Source: an uncultured Actinomycetes bacterium (GTDB lineage Bacteria; Actinomycetota; UBA4738; HRBIN12). Taken from it: DNA of 64,000 nucleotides. Of this stretch, positions 52,208 through 60,886 are shown piece by piece (position 1 is the stretch's first letter; each line of letters begins with the position of its first letter). The DNA lies in contig CAVTOC010000005.1 in assembly GCA_963736335.1 (NCBI GenBank), positions 327,925 through 391,924 on the forward strand. The letters are read 5' to 3'. The notes beneath the pieces were generated by a model. That model worked only from the letters and a program-made list of their open reading frames with translations, did not search any database and was not told the origin of the DNA. Position numbers and translations under genes: made by a program.

Positions 52208-52936
52208 GTGACGATGTTCGACGTGCTCGCGGGGGACCCGACATCGGCAGGGATCCTCCTCGACGTCGACGGGACGCTCAGCCCGATCGTCGAGCGGCCG
52301 GAGCTCGCGGTGCTCGCGGCGGGGGCCCGGCCGGTGCTGTCGCGCCTCGTCGAGCGCTATCGCGTTGTGGCGGCCATCTCGGGCCGGACGCGGGACGAGC
52401 TCGAAGGGCTGGTCGACGTGGTGGGCGTTCGGTTGATCGGGTCCTATGGGCTCGCATCCGGGCCGGTCCCCGCCGACGTGATCTCCGCCGTGCTGGCGGC
52501 CGCGGACGAGGTCGAGGGAGCGTGGATGGAGACGAAAGGCGCCACGATCGCGGTGCACTATCGCGCGACGCGCGACGCGGGCGCGGCGGGTCGGCTGTTG
52601 CAGGAGCGTCTGAGCGCGCTCGCCCTGCCGGCCCGGATGGCGCTCGTCCCGGGCAAGTACGTGGTCGAGCTCGTCCCGGCGGGCCTCCCGCTCAAGGAGG
52701 GGGCCGTCGAACGGATCATCCAGGACGAGCAGCTGCGCGCCGCCCTGTACGCGGGCGACGACCTCGCCGACTTCCTGGCGTTCGAGGCGCTCGACCGCGC
52801 GCGCGGGGACGGCCGGCTCGAACACGCGGTGAAGGTCGCCGTCCGCGGAGCCGAGACCCCGGAGGAGCTCATGGCGGCGGCGGATGTGGTCGTCGACGGT
52901 CCCGCCGAGATGATCGATCTCCTGGCAACGCTCTAA
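52208..52936 (+). CDS. otsB: trehalose-6-phosphate phosphatase (HAD family)
   Basis: LLDVDGTLSPIV (HAD motif I), ...AISGR..., ...YAGDDLADF. Confidence 0.8.
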   Translation: MTMFDVLAGDPTSAGILLDVDGTLSPIVERPELAVLAAGARPVLSRLVERYRVVAAISGRTRDELEGLVDVVGVRLIGSYGLASGPVPADVISAVLAAADEVEGAWMETKGATIAVHYRATRDAGAAGRLLQERLSALALPARMALVPGKYVVELVPAGLPLKEGAVERIIQDEQLRAALYAGDDLADFLAFEALDRARGDGRLEHAVKVAVRGAETPEELMAAADVVVDGPAEMIDLLATL

Positions 52937-52940
52937 CCCC

Positions 52941-54413
52941 TCACACGGCAGGAGGCCGGGCCGCGTCGAGCGCCTCCAGCTGCGAGGCGAGCCATTGCGG
53001 CGGCGTGTGCGCCTGCACGGTTCGCGACAGACCTCGTCCGCGACGTCTGCGCTCCTCCTCGGGCATCTCCAGCGCGTCGCGGATCGCATCCGCCGTCTCG
53101 CGGATATCGAACGGATTCACGGTCAGCGCGTGCTTGCCGAGCCTGCCGTACGCACCGGCGTTCCGGGACAGGATCAGAGCACCGTGTCGCCGGTTCACCA
53201 GGGGGCCTTCCATGGCGACCAGGTTCATGCCGTCGTAGATGGGGTTGACCAGGAGCGCGTCGTACAGCCCGTACGCGCCGACCGCGTATCCGTAGTCCTC
53301 CTGGATGCGCACCTCGATCGGCTGCCAGTCCTCGGTCGAGAGCTCCTTGTTGATCCGCTCGACCTCGGCCATGCAGTCGTCGCCGTACGCCTGGTACTCG
53401 GGCAGCGCTTCGCGTGACGGACTGAAGAGCGCCAGGAACTTCACGCGCCCCTGCCACGACGGGTTGCTCCGCAGGAACAGCTCGTATGCGAGGAATCCCC
53501 GCAGGATGTTCTTGGATGGCTCGAACCGGTCGACCCGGAGGAGGAGGCTGGCGGTTCCCTTCCACTCCTCGAGCTCGCGGCGGACCTGTTTGATCTCCGG
53601 TTTGGCCGCCGTCTCGCGGATCGGATGCGCGCTCACCGCGACCGGGAACACGCGCGCGGTGGCCACGCGGTCGTCCACGGCGAACCGTCCGCCGCGCAGG
53701 ACGCGGAAGCCGGAGAGTCCCCGTACGGACAAGAGGTAGCTCTCGACCCAGGGCCGTGCCTGGAAGCCGACGACGTCGGCGCCCGCCATGCCCCGCAGGA
53801 GTGCGTCCCGCATGTGCGCCGGCAGGATGCGGAGGTACGTCGCACCGGCGAACGGCGTGTGGGTGAAGTGGACGATGCGTGCTTCCGGACGAAGCTCTCG
53901 CAGCATCGCGGGGACCAACGCAAGGTGGTAGTCCTGGATCAGGTAGACCGGAGCGCGGTCCCCTTCCTCCGCGAGCGCGATCGCGAACGATCGGTTCGCC
54001 TCGACGAACTCCTGCCACGTGGCCTCGGTCTTCTCGTCGAACGTCGGCGTCCGCGCCGTGTCCCACAGGTAGTGATGGACGAACCACAGGATGCGGTTGG
54101 ACATCTGGTTGTAGTACGCGTCGTATCGATCGGGGGGGATGACCACGAACCGGACGCGTTGATGGGAATCAGGATCGATCTCGAAGCCCTCCGCCGCGAG
54201 CTCCCGGTCGCCGTCCGTCATGGCCGCGGCGACCCACGTGGTGTCGTCGCGGAAGAACACGCCGGAGAGTGCCGTCACGAGCCCTCCGGCACCGCGCTGG
54301 GCGACGAGCGTGCCGGATGCGTCGCGATCGAAGCTCACCGGGCCACGGTTGGAGGCAACCACGATCGTCGACTCCATGGCGCTCGGGAAGGTCTGCGTTG
54401 CCTCGGGCCGCAT
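52941..54413 (-). CDS. otsA: alpha,alpha-trehalose-phosphate synthase (GT20)
   Basis: VVASNRGPVSF...WVHHYLWD...IQDYHL...FTHTPF...GVDR...NPIYDGMNLVA are GT20 signatures. The start may be Met 54377 (MESTIVV). Confidence 0.9.
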   Translation of the reverse strand: MRPEATQTFPSAMESTIVVASNRGPVSFDRDASGTLVAQRGAGGLVTALSGVFFRDDTTWVAAAMTDGDRELAAEGFEIDPDSHQRVRFVVIPPDRYDAYYNQMSNRILWFVHHYLWDTARTPTFDEKTEATWQEFVEANRSFAIALAEEGDRAPVYLIQDYHLALVPAMLRELRPEARIVHFTHTPFAGATYLRILPAHMRDALLRGMAGADVVGFQARPWVESYLLSVRGLSGFRVLRGGRFAVDDRVATARVFPVAVSAHPIRETAAKPEIKQVRRELEEWKGTASLLLRVDRFEPSKNILRGFLAYELFLRSNPSWQGRVKFLALFSPSREALPEYQAYGDDCMAEVERINKELSTEDWQPIEVRIQEDYGYAVGAYGLYDALLVNPIYDGMNLVAMEGPLVNRRHGALILSRNAGAYGRLGKHALTVNPFDIRETADAIRDALEMPEEERRRRGRGLSRTVQAHTPPQWLASQLEALDAARPPAV

Positions 54414-54470
54414 CCGGTCGAGTCTAGAACGCGGCGCCGGAACGGGTCGGACGACCCCGTCGCAGCGGCG

Positions 54471-56192
54471 CTACGCGGGTGTACCGGCCTTCGTCTTCGA
54501 CGATCGTGCCTGCCTCACGATGCGCCGGACGTCCGCGGGTCCCAGTCGCTGGCCGCCGTGGTCGTCGATCCAGGCGAAGATCTCGGGACGCATCCCGAGC
54601 GCCGTGACCCCGACGACGTCGCCGATCGACGCGTTGCCGATCATGGCCCGCAACGCGACCAGCTCGTCCTCATACGTCGGCACGTCGCTCACTCCGGCTT
54701 CGCGCGCGCCCTCGCGGAGCCGTTCGATGATGTCCTCGCGAGATCGGCCGCGGAGGTAGTGCATGAGCTCCGCGATCGCCAGGTGATCCGAACCGACCGC
54801 CGCCCGGAACGCGAACGCGTGGAGGATCCGGTCGGTGCGATCGCCGGCGGTGCAGATCGCCAGCCACACATCGCGGCCGTCGGCCCTGAGTCCGTCCATC
54901 ACCTCCGTCAGGCCGATCATGCCGGCCTCGTTGTGCGCGTAGTCGATCACGACGATGCGCCGGTCGATCTTGAACAGGTTCGCCCGCCCGGGATTGCGTT
55001 CCGGATCCAGCACGAACGTCTTCAATCCCTTGACGACCGCCCGCTCGGGAAGTCCGACCGCCAGCCCGGCCGCCGCCGCCGCCATGGCGTTCTGGAGGTT
55101 CGGCCGGGAGATGCCGGCGAGCGTGACGGGGATGTCGACGACCGACGCGAGCGGATGGGTCTCGTGTCGGTCGACCCACGCGAGATGGCCGTCGAGCACC
55201 GTCATGCCCCGGCCGCCCTCCCCGAGCGCCTCACGGATCGCCGGATGGTGAGGATCGAGCGAGAACAGCCACGGGCGGCCGGTCGCGTGTCGTCGCATCG
55301 CGAGGACCCGCGGGTCGTCGGCGTTGAGGACGTCCCAACCCTGCGGTCTCGTGATGCGCGTGATGACGCTCTTCACCTCGGCGAGCTGATCCACGGTGTC
55401 GACGCCGTGCAGGCCCAGATGGTCCTCGGTCACGTTCGTCACGACGGCGACGTCGTTGTGCCGCACGCCCACGCCCCGCAGCAACATGCCGCCTCTCGCC
55501 GTCTCGAGGACGGCCACGTCGGGCTCCTCCGAGAGCGCGCGCGCCGCTCCGCCGAAACCCGAGTAATCGCCGGGCTCGATCAGCGTGCCGTCGTCGCGGA
55601 ACACGCCGTCCGTCGACGAGTACGCGACCGTCTTTCCCGCGCTCCGCACGAGATGCGCCAGCAGCCGGACGGTGGTGGTCTTCCCGTTCGTTCCCGTGAC
55701 CTGCACGACGGGGATCGATGGATCGGGGACGGCCGGCACGTCGCCTGGCTCGACGGCGACCAGGCGCCGCCCCGCCTCGGCGATCAGCCGATCGGGTGAG
55801 CGGCGAAGCAACGACGTCATGCCCGCGGCGACCTCGTTGCCGAGCGCCTCGGCGGCGGCGCGCCGGCGCCACGGGAACGCCACGACGATCTGGTCCCCCT
55901 CGTGTCCAGGTCGCGCGCGCACCGCGAGTCGTCGGGCCCCGCCCGCCACCGCGATCCTGCGCGTCAGGAACGCCGCCATCCGCGCGACGACCCGGCGTCG
56001 CTGCTCGCTCTCCGGCGGTCCGGTCCTCGTGCCGCCGGGAACACCGAGCCGGTCGGCGATCGCGAGGATCCGCTCGTCGGTCGCGGTCAGCCAGCCGGGT
56101 ACGGCGAGGGTGAGCTTGATCGCGGGCCGCGTGAAGTAGAGGTTGGGGCCTTCCAGCACCCGGAGCTCGATCAACCGGACGGCGTCGGCCAC
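54471..56192 (-). CDS. cyanophycin-synthetase-like ligase: CphA-type N domain fused directly to a Mur-ligase (M) domain, no ATP-grasp domain
   Basis: GTG 56192. The N-terminus RLIELRVLEGPNLYFTRPAIKLTL parallels cphA ILQTQVFRGPNYWSYEPCIRMLVDL. The P-loop VTGTNGKTTT sits at residues about 166-173. NVTEDHLG, DYAHNEAG and QNAMAAAAAG parallel the cphA M domain (VTGSNGKTTT, NVTGDHLG, DYAHNAAG, QNAMAAAAGA). 573 aa against about 948 aa for cphA. Confidence 0.75.
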   Translation of the reverse strand: MADAVRLIELRVLEGPNLYFTRPAIKLTLAVPGWLTATDERILAIADRLGVPGGTRTGPPESEQRRRVVARMAAFLTRRIAVAGGARRLAVRARPGHEGDQIVVAFPWRRRAAAEALGNEVAAGMTSLLRRSPDRLIAEAGRRLVAVEPGDVPAVPDPSIPVVQVTGTNGKTTTVRLLAHLVRSAGKTVAYSSTDGVFRDDGTLIEPGDYSGFGGAARALSEEPDVAVLETARGGMLLRGVGVRHNDVAVVTNVTEDHLGLHGVDTVDQLAEVKSVITRITRPQGWDVLNADDPRVLAMRRHATGRPWLFSLDPHHPAIREALGEGGRGMTVLDGHLAWVDRHETHPLASVVDIPVTLAGISRPNLQNAMAAAAAGLAVGLPERAVVKGLKTFVLDPERNPGRANLFKIDRRIVVIDYAHNEAGMIGLTEVMDGLRADGRDVWLAICTAGDRTDRILHAFAFRAAVGSDHLAIAELMHYLRGRSREDIIERLREGAREAGVSDVPTYEDELVALRAMIGNASIGDVVGVTALGMRPEIFAWIDDHGGQRLGPADVRRIVRQARSSKTKAGTPA

Positions 56193-56308
56193 GTCAGATC
56201 CCCAGCGGTTCGCTCACGCATCCGGTCACGCGCGCGAGCGCGACATCGAGCGCGATATCGAGCGCCGTCCGGACGCCGTCGTCGGAGAGTCTGGGCATGC
56301 GCGGCACT

Positions 56309-57601
56309 CTATGTCAGGGGAACGCGATCGGCTCGGTATCGCCGGAGCTCCGGGTAGAAGAGCGCGACGACGCCCGCGCCGACGATACAGGCGAGCCCGC
56401 CCGACACGACCGAGATGGTCGGGGTGAACACCGTCGCCACGACGCCGGCCTCGAAGTCACCCAGCCTCGGCCCGCCCGTCACCACGAGGATGTAGATCTG
56501 GGACATCCTGCCGCGCAGACGGTCCGGGGTGGTGACCTGAGTGATGGTGTTCCGGAAGATGGCCGAGATGACGTCCGCCGCGCCGGCGAGGGCGAGCATG
56601 ACCAGCGCGAGCGGAAGGTTCGCGCCGACGAGCCCGAACGCGGTGATCGCGGCGCCCCAGGCCACCACGGCCCAGATCACCGCCCATCCGTGACGCCGGA
56701 CGTTGCGCACCCATCCGGTCGTGAGCGCCCCCACGAGCGCGCCGACGGCGGGAGCGGCGAACAGCAACCCCACGATCTCCGGTCCCCGGTGGAACTGCGA
56801 CACGGCCAGGAACGTGAACAGCGCCTGCGGCATCCCGAAGATCATCGCGATCAGGTCGATCACGAACGTGGCCTGGAGCAAGCGGTTGCGGCGGACGTAG
56901 CCGAACCCCTCCTTGACCGCGGTCCATCCTGAGGCACGTCCCGGATCGTCCTGCGGCGGCATCGGATGCATCAGGAGGGCCGCGAAGAAGAGTGCGCCGT
57001 ACGTCACGAGGTCGATCGCGTACGCGGCGCCGAAGCCCACCCGGACGATCAGGACGGCGGCGACGGCCGGACCCACGATCCCCACCGTCTGCCAGAGCAC
57101 CTGGCTCAGGGCGACGGCGGACGGGAGCAGATCCTTGCCCACCAACCGGGGGGTCATGGCCGATCGCGTGGGGGCATCGATCGAGCTCACCAAAGCGTGC
57201 AGCGCGCTCGCCAGGTAGATCACCCAGACGGGCGGGTGCCCGTAGAGCGCGCCCCCGAGCAGCATCGCCGAGCTGACCGTATGCGCGACCTGTGTCCACA
57301 TCAGCGTCCGGCGACGGTCGTGCGCGTCGATGAACGTCCCGCCGACGAGCGTCCCGACGAACACCCCAACCAAACCGCTGAGTCCGACGAGCCCCACCGC
57401 GGCGGCCGAACCCGTCAGCTCCGTGACCTGGATGTAGATGGCGACCCGGGCGAACTGGTAGCCGAGCTCGGAGATGAAGCCTCCGCTCCAGAGCAGGCGG
57501 TAGTCGCGGGAGACCTTGAGAGGCGTGAGGTCGATCGCGATACGGCGCAGCCGCGAACGGCGGCGGGGAGACGTGTCGGGCGGTCCGTCCGGGGGTGCCA
57601 C
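56309..57601 (-). CDS. MFS transporter (EntS/MFS_3-like)
   Basis: 430 aa with 12 predicted hydrophobic segments. The N-terminal pattern SRDYRLLWSGGFISELGYQF is typical of MFS_3 exporters. Confidence 0.8.
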   Translation of the reverse strand: MAPPDGPPDTSPRRRSRLRRIAIDLTPLKVSRDYRLLWSGGFISELGYQFARVAIYIQVTELTGSAAAVGLVGLSGLVGVFVGTLVGGTFIDAHDRRRTLMWTQVAHTVSSAMLLGGALYGHPPVWVIYLASALHALVSSIDAPTRSAMTPRLVGKDLLPSAVALSQVLWQTVGIVGPAVAAVLIVRVGFGAAYAIDLVTYGALFFAALLMHPMPPQDDPGRASGWTAVKEGFGYVRRNRLLQATFVIDLIAMIFGMPQALFTFLAVSQFHRGPEIVGLLFAAPAVGALVGALTTGWVRNVRRHGWAVIWAVVAWGAAITAFGLVGANLPLALVMLALAGAADVISAIFRNTITQVTTPDRLRGRMSQIYILVVTGGPRLGDFEAGVVATVFTPTISVVSGGLACIVGAGVVALFYPELRRYRADRVPLT

Positions 57602-57651
57602 CCCCGGACGTTAGCAACCCGGCCGATCCGGATGCGGTGCCGGCGTCGGCG

Positions 57652-58992
57652 TCAGCCGACGGCGGCGCCGATCGCGTCGTCGAGCACGTTCAACCCGTCG
57701 TCGAGCAACGCGTCGTCGATCGTGAGGGGAGGCAGCAACCTGATGACGTTCCCGTAGGTGCCGGCCGTGAGCACGATGACGCCGTTCTCGAGGCACCGGC
57801 GGACGATCGCGTTCATCGCGTCGGCGCCAAACGGTTCCTTCGTCGCACGGTCGGCGACCAGCTCGACCGCGCACATGGCGCCACGCCCTCGGACGTCGCC
57901 GACGGCGGGGTAGCGATCGGCGAACCCGTGGAAGCGCGCCATGATGGTGTCGCCGAGCGCGCGGGAGCGTTCGAGCAACCCGTCGCGCTCGATCTTGTCG
58001 AGCACCGCGAGCGCCGCCGCGGCCGCGACCGGGTTCCCGCCGTACGTCCCACCCAGACCGCCCGGGTGGACCGCGTCCATCATGGTCGCGCGCCCGGTCA
58101 CGGCGGAGATGGGGAGACCCGCGCCGAGCGACTTCGCGGTGAGCACGATGTCGGGCACGACGCCCGGCTCGTCCTCGATCGCGTACCAGCGGCCCGCGCG
58201 CCCCATGCCGCTCTGGATCTCGTCGGCGATGAACGCGATGCCGTGCTCGGCGCAGAAGTCCGCCAGCCCCTTGAGGAAGCCGGGCGCCGGGACGATGAAC
58301 CCGCCTTCTCCCTGGATCGGCTCGATCAGCACGCCGGCGATGTTCTGCTCGCCGATGTGCTTGTGCATCTCGTCGAGCGCGTACGCGAGCGCCTCGTCCG
58401 CGCAGCGTTCCGGGCCACCGGGCCACCGGTACGGGTAGGCCATGGGCAACCGATAGACCTCCGGCGAGAACGGCCCGAAGCCCTGCTTGTACGGCTGAAC
58501 CTTCGCGGTGAGCGTCATGGCCATGTACGTGCGTCCGTGGAACGCGTGGTCGAAGCAGACGATCGCCTGGCGGCCCGTGGCGTAGCGGGCAACCTTCACC
58601 GCGTTCTCGACCGCCTCCGCTCCGGAGTTGGCGAAGAACGTCTTCTTGGGGAAGTCGCCGGGCGTCAGGGCGTTCAGGCGTTCGGCGAGCTCGATCGTCG
58701 GTTCGTTCCCGGTCACGCCCGCCGTGTGCGAGTCGCGCTCCAGCTGCCGCACGGCGGCATCGACCACGTCGGGTGCCGAGTGGCCGACGTTCAGGACCGC
58801 GATGCCGGTCGCGAAGTCGATCAGCCGGTTCCCGTCGACGTCTTCGATGATCGCCCCCGACGCCTGCGCGGCGACGATCGCGTTCATCGAAGGGAAGGCG
58901 GACGTCATCGCCGCATCGCGCCGGGCCATCCACTCCTTCGACTTCGGCCCCGGGATCTGCGTGAGGATCTTCCGCTCCTGTGGGATGTCCAT
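57652..58992 (-). CDS. gabT: 4-aminobutyrate (class III) aminotransferase
   Basis: The start MDIPQERKILTQIPGPKS is at 58992. SGAEAVENAVK...DEIQSGMGRAGRWYA...LTAKSLGAGLP (PLP Lys region). Confidence 0.9.
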   Translation of the reverse strand: MDIPQERKILTQIPGPKSKEWMARRDAAMTSAFPSMNAIVAAQASGAIIEDVDGNRLIDFATGIAVLNVGHSAPDVVDAAVRQLERDSHTAGVTGNEPTIELAERLNALTPGDFPKKTFFANSGAEAVENAVKVARYATGRQAIVCFDHAFHGRTYMAMTLTAKVQPYKQGFGPFSPEVYRLPMAYPYRWPGGPERCADEALAYALDEMHKHIGEQNIAGVLIEPIQGEGGFIVPAPGFLKGLADFCAEHGIAFIADEIQSGMGRAGRWYAIEDEPGVVPDIVLTAKSLGAGLPISAVTGRATMMDAVHPGGLGGTYGGNPVAAAAALAVLDKIERDGLLERSRALGDTIMARFHGFADRYPAVGDVRGRGAMCAVELVADRATKEPFGADAMNAIVRRCLENGVIVLTAGTYGNVIRLLPPLTIDDALLDDGLNVLDDAIGAAVG

Positions 58993-59100
58993 GGCGTCCT
59001 CCTCCTGCGGCGCGACGGCGCCGGGCCTCATTGGAGCATCGAGTGTCCTTCGCTCAGGCTACCCGCGCCAGCTCCGCGGCTGACCCAAGCGCATCGTCGG

Positions 59101-59172
59101 ATTGTACGAACCGTCCAGCCGGAGGGCGCGACGGTGGTCGGGATCGGCGTCCACCTGTACGACCCGTACAAT
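59101..59172. promoter_or_regulatory. divergent gabT / pucR control region: mirrored CGTACAAT -10 elements and a TGTACG-N3-CGTACA dyad
   Basis: ATTGTACG (59101-59108, read as CGTACAAT toward gabT) and CGTACAAT (59165-59172, toward pucR). Dyad TGTACG-ACC-CGTACA at 59156-59170. TACAAT ends 7 nt before ATG 59180, which suggests a leaderless pucR mRNA. Confidence 0.45.
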
Positions 59173-59179
59173 CGCGTGC

Positions 59180-60724
59180 ATGGCCGTGATCGTGGGCGAC
59201 ATCCTGGCGATCCCGGGGATGGCGCTGCGCCTGGTCGCCGGCGGGGGCGAGACCGACAGACCCATCCGGTGGGTCCACGTGAGCGAGCTGGAAGACCCCA
59301 CCCCGTGGCTGAAGGGTGGCGAGCTGCTGCTCTGCACCGGGATGGGCGTCGGCGCGACCGCGGCGAAACAGCGTGCGTACGTCAAGCGCTTGGCCGATGC
59401 CGGCCTGGCCGGTCTCGGGTTCGGCCTCGGCTTCTCTCACGACAAGGTGCCCCGGGCGCTCGTCAACGCGGCGGAGCAGCTCTCGTTCCCCGTGTTCGAG
59501 GTGCCGTATCCGGTCCCGTTCATCGCGATCACCGAGGCCGTGTTCACGCGGATCCTGGCGGAGCAGTACGACACGTTGCAGCGTGCCGTCGAGGCGGAAC
59601 ACGTCCTGACACGCGCCGTGATGGACGGTGCGGGCATCGAGGGCATCGCGGCGTCGCTCGCCCACGTCACGGAAGGGTGGGCCATGCTGTTGGACCTCCA
59701 CGGCATCCCGCTCGCGACCACGTCGCGGGCCGCAACGGCCCGGGCGGACGCCGTGTGGACCGAGATCCGTTCCTCGCGTCCGGACGGAACCAGCTTCAGC
59801 CTGTCGTTGGTCGACAAGGGGCATCACGTCTGGGTCCAGCCCGTCGGCGCGCAGGGCCGAGTCGAGGCGTTCCTCGCGGTGGGCAAGCCCGACCAGCCGA
59901 GCCAGCTCGACCGCATCGTCGCCGGGCATGCGCTCTCCCTGTTCGCGATCGAGCTGGCGAAGTCGCGCGCCGTCGCGGATACGGAGCGACGCCTCCAGGG
60001 CGACTTCTTCGACGAGCTCGCGGCCGGATCGCTCCCGGCCGCCGACGCCGCCCGAGGCCTGGCCCGGTTCGGGTTCGCCCGAGATGCGCTCGTCGTCGCA
60101 GTGGCGCTGGAGGGCGAAGAGCCCGCCGTCCTCGCGGAGGCCGTCGAGGACCACGGCTCGAGGGCCGGCGGGGGCTTCCTCGTCTCACGACGGGCGGACG
60201 GCGTGTCGCTCCTGTTCCCCGCGGGCTCGGAGCTGGAGCTCGAGGGTCTGGTGAAGGCGATCGGCGTCCGGACCGGCGGCACCATCCGCGGCGGGTCGGG
60301 CAGCACCGTGGGTCCCGCCGATGTCGGCAGGAGCCTCCGCGAGGCGCGCTACGCCCTGCGTGTCTGCCGGCTGGAGGGGTGGACGTCCGCGGGATTCGAG
60401 GATCTGGGGACCTATCGGCTGCTGCTGTCGATGACCGATCCCGACGCGCTCCGCGCGTTCGCCGATTCGCTCCTGGGACCGCTCGACGCGTACGACCGCG
60501 ATCAACACGGCGAGCTCGTGCCGTCGCTCCGAGCCTTCCTCCAGCACAACTCGCGATGGGAGACGGCCGCCGCCGAACTGTTCGTGCACCGTCACACGCT
60601 CCGCTACCGCGTGCACAAGATCGAGGAGCTTACCGGTCGGGATCTGACGAGCTCGTTCGACCGGATGGAGTTCTGGCTGGCCCTGCGGGCTCGAGACCTC
60701 CTGTCCACCGACCCCGAGGCCTGA
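59180..60724 (+). CDS. PucR-family transcriptional regulator
   Basis: MAVIVGDILAIPGMALRLVAGGG...IRWVHVSELEDPTPWLKGGELLLCTGMG (PucR N-domain) and C-terminal HTH TAAELFVHRHTLRYRVHKIEELTGRDL. The track start at 59102 adds 26 R/S/T-rich residues. Confidence 0.85.
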   Translation: MAVIVGDILAIPGMALRLVAGGGETDRPIRWVHVSELEDPTPWLKGGELLLCTGMGVGATAAKQRAYVKRLADAGLAGLGFGLGFSHDKVPRALVNAAEQLSFPVFEVPYPVPFIAITEAVFTRILAEQYDTLQRAVEAEHVLTRAVMDGAGIEGIAASLAHVTEGWAMLLDLHGIPLATTSRAATARADAVWTEIRSSRPDGTSFSLSLVDKGHHVWVQPVGAQGRVEAFLAVGKPDQPSQLDRIVAGHALSLFAIELAKSRAVADTERRLQGDFFDELAAGSLPAADAARGLARFGFARDALVVAVALEGEEPAVLAEAVEDHGSRAGGGFLVSRRADGVSLLFPAGSELELEGLVKAIGVRTGGTIRGGSGSTVGPADVGRSLREARYALRVCRLEGWTSAGFEDLGTYRLLLSMTDPDALRAFADSLLGPLDAYDRDQHGELVPSLRAFLQHNSRWETAAAELFVHRHTLRYRVHKIEELTGRDLTSSFDRMEFWLALRARDLLSTDPEA

Positions 60725-60886
60725 TCGGGACGCCGGATCCGTCCGCGCGCGGCATTGGCCCGTCCGTACAGCCCGCAGGAGACCCGCGGCCCGAACGGCG
60801 ACTGGCCCCCTTCGTCCCCGAGGCGGCATACTGGCGCCCTGAGCAGCGTTCGTGTGGATCGGGTTCCGTCATCCAAGGAGGGGGAC

